A stretch of 64,000 nt of DNA. It comes from Paraphysomonas bandaiensis (taxonomy: Eukaryota > Protista > Chrysophyceae). A program made the translations under genes and the position numbers. The stretch lies in the NCBI GenBank assembly GCA_965644295.1, contig CBFFRP010000461.1, forward strand, positions 63,542-127,541, read 5' to 3'. Below, piece after piece: positions 52,500 through 64,000 of the stretch. The notes beneath the pieces were generated by a model that was not told the origin of the DNA, made no database searches, and was given only the letters and a program-made list of their open reading frames with translations. Every line of letters begins with the position of its first letter. The first letter of the stretch is position 1.

Positions 52500-53470
52500 C
52501 TTAAGGCGATCATTGCACAACGAACAAATATGATACAGAGCAGAGGGTTCTCTGAATCCACGCGATAGAAGACGAGGAAGGAATATTGAAAACAAAAATC
52601 CAGGCGAGAATTCCACTGTGGTTTAAGAGATGATGCAGTTGGTGATGACTGTGAGGAGTAAAGTTTCGTTGGTGAATCCACCTGCACTGAAATTTTTAAG
52701 CAATATGTCAAAGAATTTACTGAGAAGTTTTATGCAGACTATATGCTCGTTTCCCTACAGGTGGGAATGAACTTCTTCAGGTGATGGAATTGTATTGCCT
52801 TGGATTTTTGGTTGCATTGGCAGTGTAATAGACGTAACTCATGAACACTGGGCTCTGTGTTACCTTGACATAAACTGGAAGGCCACTGGAAAAGAGGGAT
52901 ATCCTACATTAGCATTCGAGGCTATATAGTGACACACAGTCGTTATGTTTACCATTGCAGCATTGCCTTCTATGGAACATACAATGACATTACAATCAGT
53001 CAAAATGATGAGCTTATTTTAGCTGTTCTGGCTGGTGCGGTCTCCCAACTGAAGTATGTTCTGTATGATGAGAACGGTGTTCCTAAGCTATGCAATGGTG
53101 CGTATTTCTTGTCTGATAATGGCTATTCTAAGTGGGGCATTTTTATGCAGAAATGAGATGCTCTGGAGTGAATGGGCCGAATCAACAAGGAAGGATATGG
53201 AATGTTTCTATTCATTGGAATGTTCGTTATCATTCCGCCCAGAGGTCATTCAGGATGCCTTCCGAACTGCTTGTATATTACATAATATGCTACTGGAGTA
53301 CGATGGCTTGGCACTGAATGCGGAGATTCAACCGCTGAATACTGGGAAAACTTTTATCATATATATAGAAGAATATGCCAACCTAACAGAGACTTCACAA
53401 TTTTACGCAATAGTCTAGTTACGCATTTCACATATCAGTACTCTATAGGCGATATAATATGATGGTGACC
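52500..53470 (+). pseudogene. Decayed PIF/Harbinger (Plant_tran/DDE_Tnp_4-like) transposase
   Basis: GESTCTEIFKQYV...RFPT...GCIGS/DVTHEHWALC...TGKEGYPTLAFEAIV...GTYNDITI...YFLSDNGY...ESTRKDMECF...ACILHNMLLEYDG...LRNSLVTHF; multiple frameshifts. Start is approximate. Confidence 0.88.
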
Positions 53471-54960
53471 TAAATCTATGAGTAAGTTAAAACGTAATCG
53501 CCTCCAAATTCCAGTTTTCGATGCCAGGATGGAGGAACAGAGAGTAAGCGAGCACTATACCACAGACCTTCTTTGCTGGTAGCTCGCGACAGCAATGTGG
53601 TCAGACATACACCTCCAGTATGGGTCATGGCCTTTTTTCTCACATAGACTACAACAACGGAGATATCATTGCAGTTTAATAAATAAGAAGGGGATGATTG
53701 GTTAACAGACGATCAATGGATAGAACGTGACCGCCTAGGTGAAGGTGAACACATCTTACAACTGGCTGAAAATGTTAATCTTGATTGCTACCGTGCCTCT
53801 ATCGTAATTGTAAGTGCTTAGCCAGTTGTAAGATGTGTTCACCTTCACCTAGGCGGTCACGTTCTATCCATTGTTCGTCTGTTAACCAATCATCCCCTTC
53901 TTATTTATTAAACTGCGATGATATCTCCGTTGTTGTAGTCTATGTGAGAAAAAAGGCCATGACCCATACTGGAGGTGTATGTCTGACCACATTGCTGTCG
54001 CGAGCTACCAGCAAAGAAGGTCTGTGGTATAGTGCTCGCTTACTCTCTGTTCCTCCATCCTGGCATCGAAAACTGGAATTTGGAGGCGATTACGTTTTAA
54101 CTTACTCATAGATTTAGGTCACCATCATATTATATCGCCTATAGAGTACTGATATGTGAAATGCGTAACTAGACTATTGCGTAAAATTGTGAAGTCTCTG
54201 TTAGGTTTGCATATTCTTCTATATATATGATGAAAGTTTTCCCAGTATTCAGCGGTTGAATCTCCGCATTCAGTGCCAAGCCATCGTACTCCAGTAGCAT
54301 ATTATGTAATATACAAGCAGTTCGGAAGGCAGTTCGGAAGGCATCCTGAATGACCTCTGGGCGGAATGATAACGAACATTCCAATGAATAGAAACATTCC
54401 ATATCCTTCCTCTTGTTGATTCGGCCCATTCACTCCAGAGCATCTCATTTCTGCATGTTGGTGTCTTCCATGGACAAATAAAAATGCCCCACTTAGAATA
54501 GCCATTATCAGACAAGAAATACGCACCATTGCATAGCTTAGGAACACCGTTCTCATCATACAGAACATACTTCAGTTGGGAGACCGCACCAGCCAGAACA
54601 GCTAAAATAAGCTCATCATTTTGACTGATTGTAATGTCATTGTATGTTCCATAGAAGGCAATGCTGCAATGGTAAACATAACGACTGTGTGTCACTATAT
54701 AGCCTCGAATGCTAATATAGGATATCCCTCTTTTCCAGTGGCCTTCCAGTTCATGTCAAGGTAACACAGAGCCCAGTGTTCATGAGTTACGTCTATTACA
54801 CTGCCAATGCAACCAAAAATCCAAGGCAATACAATTCCATCACCTGAAGAAGTTCATTCCCACCTGTAGGGAAACGAGCATATAGTCTGCATAAAGCTTC
54901 TCAGTAAATTCTTTGACATATTGCTTAAAAATTTCAGTGCAGGTGGATTCACCAACGAAA
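52664..54960. repeat. ~2.3-kb palindrome: arms 52664-53767 and 53820-54960, 52-nt spacer
   Basis: The arms are reverse complements (mirrored ORFs 52929+/54695-). They differ by a 23-bp indel, a 12-bp tandem duplication (GCAGTTCGGAAG x2), a 2-bp indel and a few SNPs. Confidence 0.97.
53548..53826 (+). pseudogene. Truncated, frameshifted SET-domain coding region directly after the Harbinger transposase
   Basis: Reconstruction across frameshifts: RALYHRPSLL...SSMGHGLFSHIDYNNGDIIA(F)..G...ERDRLGEGEHILQLAENVNLDCY...CKCLAS. This follows the SET pattern GxGLF...GD.I..F.G...LD...AS, cut before the NH/NS motif. Confidence 0.6.
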
Positions 54961-54974
54961 AAGCAACATCAATG

Positions 54975-55660
54975 AGAACAGTCATAGCCTTGTTGGCAAC
55001 CAGGTAGACTGCAGTTGCACCAGGTAGATATCTCTACTCCTTACAACAACACCGACCTTCAAGAGATAATTTACATGTATCCACCTGCAGAGATTTTATG
55101 TCGCAAAGGCAAGGTCCTTAGACTTCCGTAGAGTATTGTAAATGTCCTTATAGGTACCTCAAAGGAACTATCGATAAAAGACTCCACACTCCGGAAAATC
55201 AGTTACACTTCCCAGATTCGCTGACAGCGACACTGGGCTCGATGTCACCTAACCCGTAGGTCTACAACAGCATTTTAGTTTTTATCAGAAATTGCCTCAT
55301 ACAATGGCTATCGAGACTCCAAACTACCGTCGCCTAATCATCTACAAAAACGGAATACATTTCTCTATCATCAGCCTGCCAAGAGACTATCTGGCTACGT
55401 GCACTACTTTCGGAACTGGGCTTCCAAATTCCGTTTTCAACAACCCTCTGGTGCGACAATATAGGCGCAATTCAGTACGTACATCATCGTCGGAAGAAAC
55501 ACATCGCCTTCAGATACCACTTCATAAGAGAACAAGCCGCCTCGTATTCCATTAGTGTAGATTACATGCCCACCATCAAAATTCTGGCCGACATCCCAAC
55601 TATACCACTCACATCAAATACGTTCCACAGATTGCGGGATTCACTGATGGGGGGGAGAAG
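54975..55660 (+). pseudogene. Decayed Ty1/copia RT C-terminus + RNase H fragment (first copy; repeated in every array unit)
   Basis: Across frameshifts: SLVG, CTR*/ISY, YRYLKGT, FADSD/WARCHLTRRSTT, then WCDNIGAIQ...KHIAFRYHFIREQ...VDYMPT..ILADIPTIPL...FHRLRDSLMG ending in the purine run GGGGGGGAGAAG. Confidence 0.85.
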
Positions 55661-55785
55661 TATCAGCGTAGCCGCCAGCAATAAAAGTACAAAGAATCTA
55701 TTCCTCCGGCAGCTAACTCAACCAAGATACCACGATAGATGACTTAGGGGTCTACGGAGTTTCCCACGATGATGTTGTATGTATC

Positions 55786-56166
55786 TTGGTGAATCCACCT
55801 GCACTGAAATTTTTAAGCAATATGTCAAAGAATTTACTGAGAAGTTTTATGCAGACTATATGCTCGTTTCCCTACAGGTGGGAATGAACTTCTTCAGGTG
55901 ATGGAATTGTATTGCCTTGGATTTTTGGTTGCATTGGCAGTGTAATTGACGTAACTCATGAACACTGGGCTCTGTGTTACCTTGACATAAACTGGAAGGC
56001 CACTGGAAAAGAGGGATTCCTACATTAGGATACAATACAATACAATTCCATCACCTGAAGAAGTTCATTCCCACCAGTAGGGAAACGAGCATATAGTCTG
56101 CATAAAGCTTCTCAGTAAATTCTTTGACATATTGCTTAAAAATTTCAGTGCAGGTGGATTCACCAA
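55786..56166. repeat. Harbinger-derived hairpin in each unit: 129-bp stem (55786-55914 / 56038-56166), ~123-nt loop; other copies at ~56994-57375, 58204-58585, 59416-59797, 60628-61009, 61840-62221, 63047-63425
   Basis: TTGGTGAATCCACCTGCACTG...GGAATTGTATTG pairs with CAATACAATTCC...CAGTGCAGGTGGATTCACCAA, with 2 mismatches. Confidence 0.95.
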
Positions 56167-59100
56167 CGAAAAAGCAACATCAATGAGAACAGTCATAGCC
56201 TTGTTGGCAGCCAGGTAGACTGCAGTTGCACCAGGTAGATATCTCTACTCCTTACAACAACACCGACCTTCAAGAGATAATTTACATGTATCCACCTGCA
56301 GAGATTTTATGTCGCAAAGGCAAGGTCCTTTTAGACTTCCGTAGAGTATTGTAAATGTCCTTATAGGTACCTCAAAGGAACTATCGATAAAAGACTCCAC
56401 ACTCCGGAAAATCAGTTACACTTCCCAGCTGACAGCGACACTGGGCTCGATGTAACCTAACCCGTAGGTCTACAACAGCATTTTAGTTTTTATCAGAAAT
56501 TGCCTCATACAATGGCTATCGAGACTCCAAACTACCGTCGCCTAATCATCTACAAAAACGGAATACATTTCTCTATCATCAGCCTGCCAAGAGACTATCT
56601 GGCTACGTGCACTACTTTCGGAACTGGGCTTCCAAATTCCGTTTTCAACAACCCTCTGGTGCGACAATATAGGCGCAATTCAGTACGTACATCATCGTCG
56701 GAAGAAACACATCGCCTTCAGATACCACTTCATAAGAGAACAAGCCGCCTCGTATTCCATTAGTGTAGATTACATGCCCACCATCAAAATTCTGGCCGAC
56801 ATCCCAACTATACCACTCACATCAAATACGTTCCACAGATTGCGGGATTCACTGATGGGGGGGAGAAGTATCAGCGTAGCCGCCAGCAATAAAAGTACAA
56901 AGAATCTATTCCTCCGGCAGCTAACTCAACCAAGATACCACGATAGATGACTTAGGGGTCTACGGAGTTTCCCACGATGATGTTGTATGTATCTTGGTGA
57001 ATCCACCTGCACTGAAATTTTTAAGCAATATGTCAAAGAATTTACTGAGAAGTTTTATGCAGACTATATGCTCGTTTCCCTACAGGTGGGAATGAACTTC
57101 TTCAGGTGATGGAATTGTATTGCCTTGGATTTTTGGTTGCATTGGCAGTGTAATTGACGTAACTCATGAACACTGGGCTCTGTGTTACCTTGACATAAAC
57201 TGGAAGGCCACTGGAAAAGAGGGATATCCTACATTAGGATACAATACAATACAATTCCATCACCTGAAGAAGTTCATTCCCACCAGTAGGGAAACGAGCA
57301 TATAGTCTGCATAAAGCTTCTCAGTAAATTCTTTGACATATTGCTTAAAAATTTCAGTGCAGGTGGATTCACCAACGAAAAAGCAACATCAATGAGAACA
57401 GTCATAGCCTTGTTGGCAGCCAGGTAGACTGCAGTTGCACCAGGTAGATATCTCTACTCCTTACAACAACACCGACCTTCAAGAGATAATTTACATGTAT
57501 CCACCTGCAGAGATTTTATGTCGCAAAGGCAAGGTCCTTAGACTTCCGTAGAGTATTGTAAATGTCCTTATAGGTACCTCAAAGGAACTATCGATAAAAG
57601 ACTCCACACTCCGGAAAATCAGTTACACTTCCCAGATTCGCTGACAGCGACACTGGGCTCGATGTAACCTAACCCGTAGGTCTACAACAGCATTTTAGTT
57701 TTTATCAGAAATTGCCTCATACAATGGCTATCGAGACTCCAAACTACCGTCGCCTAATCATCTACAAAAACGGAATACATTTCTCTATCATCAGCCTGCC
57801 AAGAGACTATCTGGCTACGTGCACTACTTTCGGAACTGGGCTTCCAAATTCCGTTTTCAACAACCCTCTGGTGCGACAATATAGGCGCAATTCAGTACGT
57901 ACATCATCGTCGGAAGAAACACATCGCCTTCAGATACCACTTCATAAGAGAACAAGCCGCCTCGTATTCCATTAGTGTAGATTACATGCCCACCATCAAA
58001 ATTCTGGCCGACATCCCAACTATACCACTCACATCAAATACGTTCCACAGATTGCGGGATTCACTGATGGGGGAGAAGTATCAGCGTAGCCGCCAGCAAT
58101 AAAAGTACAAAGAATCTATTCCTCCGGCAGCTAACTCAACCAAGATACCACGATAGATGACTTAGGGGTCTACGGAGTTTCCCACGATGATGTTGTATGT
58201 ATCTTGGTGAATCCACCTGCACTGAAATTTTTAAGCAATATGTCAAAGAATTTACTGAGAAGTTTTATGCAGACTATATGCTCGTTTCCCTACAGGTGGG
58301 AATGAACTTCTTCAGGTGATGGAATTGTATTGCCTTGGATTTTTGGTTGCATTGGCAGTGTAATTGACGTAACTCATGAACACTGGGCTCTGTGTTACCT
58401 TGACATAAACTGGAAGGCCACTGGAAAAGAGGGATATCCTACATTAGGATACAATACAATACAATTCCATCACCTGAAGAAGTTCATTCCCACCAGTAGG
58501 GAAACGAGCATATAGTCTGCATAAAGCTTCTCAGTAAATTCTTTGACATATTGCTTAAAAATTTCAGTGCAGGTGGATTCACCAACGAAAAAGCAACATC
58601 AATGAGAACAGTCATAGCCTTGTTGGCAGCCAGGTAGACTGCAGTTGCACCAGGTAGATATCTCTACTCCTTACAACAACACCGACCTTCAAGAGATAAT
58701 TTACATGTATCCACCTGCAGAGATTTTATGTCGCAAAGGCAAGGTCCTTAGACTTCCGTAGAGTATTGTAAATGTCCTTATAGGTACCTCAAAGGAACTA
58801 TCGATAAAAGACTCCACACTCCGGAAAATCAGTTACACTTCCCAGATTCGCTGACAGCGACACTGGGCTCGATGTAACCTAACCCGTAGGTCTACAACAG
58901 CATTTTAGTTTTTATCAGAAATTGCCTCATACAATGGCTATCGAGACTCCAAACTACCGTCGCCTAATCATCTACAAAAACGGAATACATTTCTCTATCA
59001 TCAGCCTGCCAAGAGACTATCTGGCTACGTGCACTACTTTCGGAACTGGGCTTCCAAATTCCGTTTTCAACAACCCTCTGGTGCGACAATATAGGCGCAA

Positions 59101-62100
59101 TTCAGTACGTACATCATCGTCGGAAGAAACACATCGCCTTCAGATACCACTTCATAAGAGAACAAGCCGCCTCGTATTCCATTAGTGTAGATTACATGCC
59201 CACCATCAAAATTCTGGCCGACATCCCAACTATACCACTCACATCAAATACGTTCCACAGATTGCGGGATTCACTGATGGGGGGGAGAAGTATCAGCGTA
59301 GCCGCCAGCAATAAAAGTACAAAGAATCTATTCCTCCGGCAGCTAACTCAACCAAGATACCACGATAGATGACTTAGGGGTCTACGGAGTTTCCCACGAT
59401 GATGTTGTATGTATCTTGGTGAATCCACCTGCACTGAAATTTTTAAGCAATATGTCAAAGAATTTACTGAGAAGTTTTATGCAGACTATATGCTCGTTTC
59501 CCTACAGGTGGGAATGAACTTCTTCAGGTGATGGAATTGTATTGCCTTGGATTTTTGGTTGCATTGGCAGTGTAATTGACGTAACTCATGAACACTGGGC
59601 TCTGTGTTACCTTGACATAAACTGGAAGGCCACTGGAAAAGAGGGATATCCTACATTAGGATACAATACAATACAATTCCATCACCTGAAGAAGTTCATT
59701 CCCACCAGTAGGGAAACGAGCATATAGTCTGCATAAAGCTTCTCAGTAAATTCTTTGACATATTGCTTAAAAATTTCAGTGCAGGTGGATTCACCAACGA
59801 AAAAGCAACATCAATGAGAACAGTCATAGCCTTGTTGGCAGCCAGGTAGACTGCAGTTGCACCAGGTAGATATCTCTACTCCTTACAACAACACCGACCT
59901 TCAAGAGATAATTTACATGTATCCACCTGCAGAGATTTTATGTCGCAAAGGCAAGGTCCTTAGACTTCCGTAGAGTATTGTAAATGTCCTTATAGGTACC
60001 TCAAAGGAACTATCGATAAAAGACTCCACACTCCGGAAAATCAGTTACACTTCCCAGATTCGCTGACAGCGACACTGGGCTCGATGTAACCTAACCCGTA
60101 GGTCTACAACAGCATTTTAGTTTTTATCAGAAATTGCCTCATACAATGGCTATCGAGACTCCAAACTACCGTCGCCTAATCATCTACAAAAACGGAATAC
60201 ATTTCTCTATCATCAGCCTGCCAAGAGACTATCTGGCTACGTGCACTACTTTCGGAACTGGGCTTCCAAATTCCGTTTTCAACAACCCTCTGGTGCGACA
60301 ATATAGGCGCAATTCAGTACGTACATCATCGTCGGAAGAAACACATCGCCTTCAGATACCACTTCATAAGAGAACAAGCCGCCTCGTATTCCATTAGTGT
60401 AGATTACATGCCCACCATCAAAATTCTGGCCGACATCCCAACTATACCACTCACATCAAATACGTTCCACAGATTGCGGGATTCACTGATGGGGGGGAGA
60501 AGTATCAGCGTAGCCGCCAGCAATAAAAGTACAAAGAATCTATTCCTCCGGCAGCTAACTCAACCAAGATACCACGATAGATGACTTAGGGGTCTACGGA
60601 GTTTCCCACGATGATGTTGTATGTATCTTGGTGAATCCACCTGCACTGAAATTTTTAAGCAATATGTCAAAGAATTTACTGAGAAGTTTTATGCAGACTA
60701 TATGCTCGTTTCCCTACAGGTGGGAATGAACTTCTTCAGGTGATGGAATTGTATTGCCTTGGATTTTTGGTTGCATTGGCAGTGTAATTGACGTAACTCA
60801 TGAACACTGGGCTCTGTGTTACCTTGACATAAACTGGAAGGCCACTGGAAAAGAGGGATATCCTACATTAGGATACAATACAATACAATTCCATCACCTG
60901 AAGAAGTTCATTCCCACCAGTAGGGAAACGAGCATATAGTCTGCATAAAGCTTCTCAGTAAATTCTTTGACATATTGCTTAAAAATTTCAGTGCAGGTGG
61001 ATTCACCAACGAAAAAGCAACATCAATGAGAACAGTCATAGCCTTGTTGGCAGCCAGGTAGACTGCAGTTGCACCAGGTAGATATCTCTACTCCTTACAA
61101 CAACACCGACCTTCAAGAGATAATTTACATGTATCCACCTGCAGAGATTTTATGTCGCAAAGGCAAGGTCCTTAGACTTCCGTAGAGTATTGTAAATGTC
61201 CTTATAGGTACCTCAAAGGAACTATCGATAAAAGACTCCACACTCCGGAAAATCAGTTACACTTCCCAGATTCGCTGACAGCGACACTGGGCTCGATGTA
61301 ACCTAACCCGTAGGTCTACAACAGCATTTTAGTTTTTATCAGAAATTGCCTCATACAATGGCTATCGAGACTCCAAACTACCGTCGCCTAATCATCTACA
61401 AAAACGGAATACATTTCTCTATCATCAGCCTGCCAAGAGACTATCTGGCTACGTGCACTACTTTCGGAACTGGGCTTCCAAATTCCGTTTTCAACAACCC
61501 TCTGGTGCGACAATATAGGCGCAATTCAGTACGTACATCATCGTCGGAAGAAACACATCGCCTTCAGATACCACTTCATAAGAGAACAAGCCGCCTCGTA
61601 TTCCATTAGTGTAGATTACATGCCCACCATCAAAATTCTGGCCGACATCCCAACTATACCACTCACATCAAATACGTTCCACAGATTGCGGGATTCACTG
61701 ATGGGGGGGAGAAGTATCAGCGTAGCCGCCAGCAATAAAAGTACAAAGAATCTATTCCTCCGGCAGCTAACTCAACCAAGATACCACGATAGATGACTTA
61801 GGGGTCTACGGAGTTTCCCACGATGATGTTGTATGTATCTTGGTGAATCCACCTGCACTGAAATTTTTAAGCAATATGTCAAAGAATTTACTGAGAAGTT
61901 TTATGCAGACTATATGCTCGTTTCCCTACAGGTGGGAATGAACTTCTTCAGGTGATGGAATTGTATTGCCTTGGATTTTTGGTTGCATTGGCAGTGTAAT
62001 TGACGTAACTCATGAACACTGGGCTCTGTGTTACCTTGACATAAACTGGAAGGCCACTGGAAAAGAGGGATATCCTACATTAGGATACAATACAATACAA

Positions 62101-64000
62101 TTCCATCACCTGAAGAAGTTCATTCCCACCAGTAGGGAAACGAGCATATAGTCTGCATAAAGCTTCTCAGTAAATTCTTTGACATATTGCTTAAAAATTT
62201 CAGTGCAGGTGGATTCACCAACGAAAAAGCAACATCAATGAGAACAGTCATAGCCTTGTTGGCAGCCAGGTAGACTGCAGTTGCACCAGGTAGATATCTC
62301 TACTCCTTACAACAACACCGACCTTCAAGAGATAATTTACATGTATCCACCTGCAGAGATTTTATGTCGCAAAGGCAAGGTCCTTAGACTTCCGTAGAGT
62401 ATTGTAAATGTCCTTATAGGTACCTCAAAGGAACTATCGATAAAAGACTCCACACTCCGGAAAATCAGTTACACTTCCCAGATTCGCTGACAGCGACACT
62501 GGGCTCGATGTAACCTAACCCGTAGGTCTACAACAGCATTTTAGTTTTCATCAGAAATTGCCTCATACAATGGCTATCGAGACTCCAAACTACCGTCGCC
62601 TAATCATCTACAAAAACGGAATACATTTCTCTATCATCAGCCTGCCAAGAGACTATCTGGCTACGTGCACTACTTTCGGAACTGGGCTTCCAAATTCCGT
62701 TTTCAACAACCCTCTGGTGCGACAATATAGGCGCAATTCAGTACGTACATCATCGTCGGAAGAAACACATCGCCTTCAGATACCACTTCATAAGAGAACA
62801 AGCCGCCTCGTATTCCATTAGTGTAGATTACATGCCCACCATCAAAATTCTGGCCGACATCCCAACTATACCACTCACATCAAATACGTTCCACAGATTG
62901 CGGGATTCACTGATGGGGGAGAAGTATCAGCGTAGCCGCCAGCAATAAAAGTACAAAGAATCTATTCCTCCGGCAGCTAACTCAACCAAGATACCACGAT
63001 AGATGACTTAGGGGTCTACGGAGTTTCCCACGATGATGTTGTATGCTTGGTGAATCCACCTGCACCTGAAATTTTTAAGAATACGTCAAAGAATTTACTG
63101 AGAAGTTTTATGCAGATATATGCTCGTTTCCCACATGGGAATGAACTTCTTCAGGTGATGGAATCGTATTGCCTTGGATTTTTGGTTGCATTGGCAGTGT
63201 AATTGACGTAACTCATGAACACTGGGCTCTGTGTTACCTTTGACATAAACTGGAAGGCCACTGGAAAAGAGGGATATCCTACATTAGGATACAATACAAT
63301 ACAATTCCATCACCTGAAGAAGTTCATTCCCACCAGTAGGGAAACGAGCATATAGTCTGCATAAAGCTTCTCAGTAAATTCTTTGACATATTGCTTAAAA
63401 ATTTCAGTGCAGGTGGATTCACCAACGAAAAAGCAACATCAATGAGAACAGTCATAGCCTTGTTGGCAGCCAGGTAGACTGCAGTTGCACCAGGTAGATA
63501 TCTCTACTCCTTACAACAACACCGACCTTCAAGAGATAATTTACATGTATCCACCTGCAGAGATTTTATGTCGCTAAAGGCAAGGTCCTTAGGACTTCCG
63601 TAGAGTATTGTAAATGTCCTTATAGGTACCTCAAAGGAACTATCATTAAAAGACTCACACTCCGGAAAATCAGTTACACTTCCCAGATTCGCTGACAGCG
63701 ACACTGGGCTCGATGTAACCTAACCCGTAGGTCTACAACAGCATTTTAGTTTTCATCAGAAATTGCCCTATACAATGGCTATCGAGACTCCAAACTACCG
63801 TCGCCTAATCATCTACAAAAAAACGGAATACATTTCTCTATCATCAGCCTGCCAAGAGACTATTCATGTGCACTACTTTCGAACTGGCTTCCAAATTCCG
63901 TTTTCAACAACTCCTGGTGCGACAATATAGGGCGCAATTCAGTACGTACATCATCGTCGGAAGAAACACATCGCCTTCAGATACCACTTCATAAGAGAAC

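Larger units (their letters stand above)
54827..64000. repeat. Tandem array of ~1212-bp units (~7.6 copies, running off the window end)
   Basis: Identical 87-aa ORFs at 55292, 56500, 57712, 58922, 60134, 61346 and 62558 (periods 1208-1212). Confidence 0.98.

Noticed and set aside
55648-55785. Copia polypurine tract plus 3' LTR
   Set aside because: The purine run overlaps the last RNase H codons and is not followed by a canonical TG...CA LTR, so LTR boundaries cannot be supported.
55292-62821. Repeated 87-aa (MPHTMAIET...) and 61-aa (MPWIFGCIG...) ORFs as a tandem gene family or CRISPR-like array
   Set aside because: The 87-aa ORF is an off-frame reading of Copia RNase H and the 61-aa ORF is a Harbinger fragment. 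The units are identical, with no unique spacers, and there are no cas genes.
63040-64000. Divergence of the last array units as biological decay
   Set aside because: The differences are mostly 1-4-bp indels and homopolymer changes, typical of low-coverage long-read consensus error near a contig end.

Overview
Eukaryotic nuclear DNA with short GT-AG introns (about 45-150 nt), most likely from a stramenopile (ochrophyte/chrysophyte-like). That is inferred from a GH161-type beta-1,3-glucan phosphorylase, a PT-repeat/REJ giant protein and stramenopile-type transposases. Positions 4.2-51.3 kb are gene-rich: acyl-CoA dehydrogenase, GH65 glucosidase, NDUFAF5, a multi-exon signal-peptide SET-like protein, a TPR-like protein, a SAP+RanBP2+FG nucleoporin, a class 3 lipase, an ArfGAP-DENN-IQ protein and a 3534-aa C-lectin/PT/REJ/EGF membrane protein. 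The most unusual content is a recurring pattern of transposase sequence folded back on itself. First, an IS630/Tc1 element has ~800-bp inverted arms at 1.2-4.0 kb. Second, a ~2.3-kb palindrome at 52.7-55.0 kb is made of a decayed PIF/Harbinger transposase that appears to run into a SET domain. Third, a homogenised ~1212-bp tandem array runs from 54.8 kb to the window end. Each array unit joins a decayed Ty1/copia RT-RNase H fragment to a 129-bp-stem hairpin that is an internally deleted copy of the palindrome. This array is a candidate hairpin/siRNA locus or a new TE-derived satellite. All protein calls come from motif recognition by eye; no searches were run.
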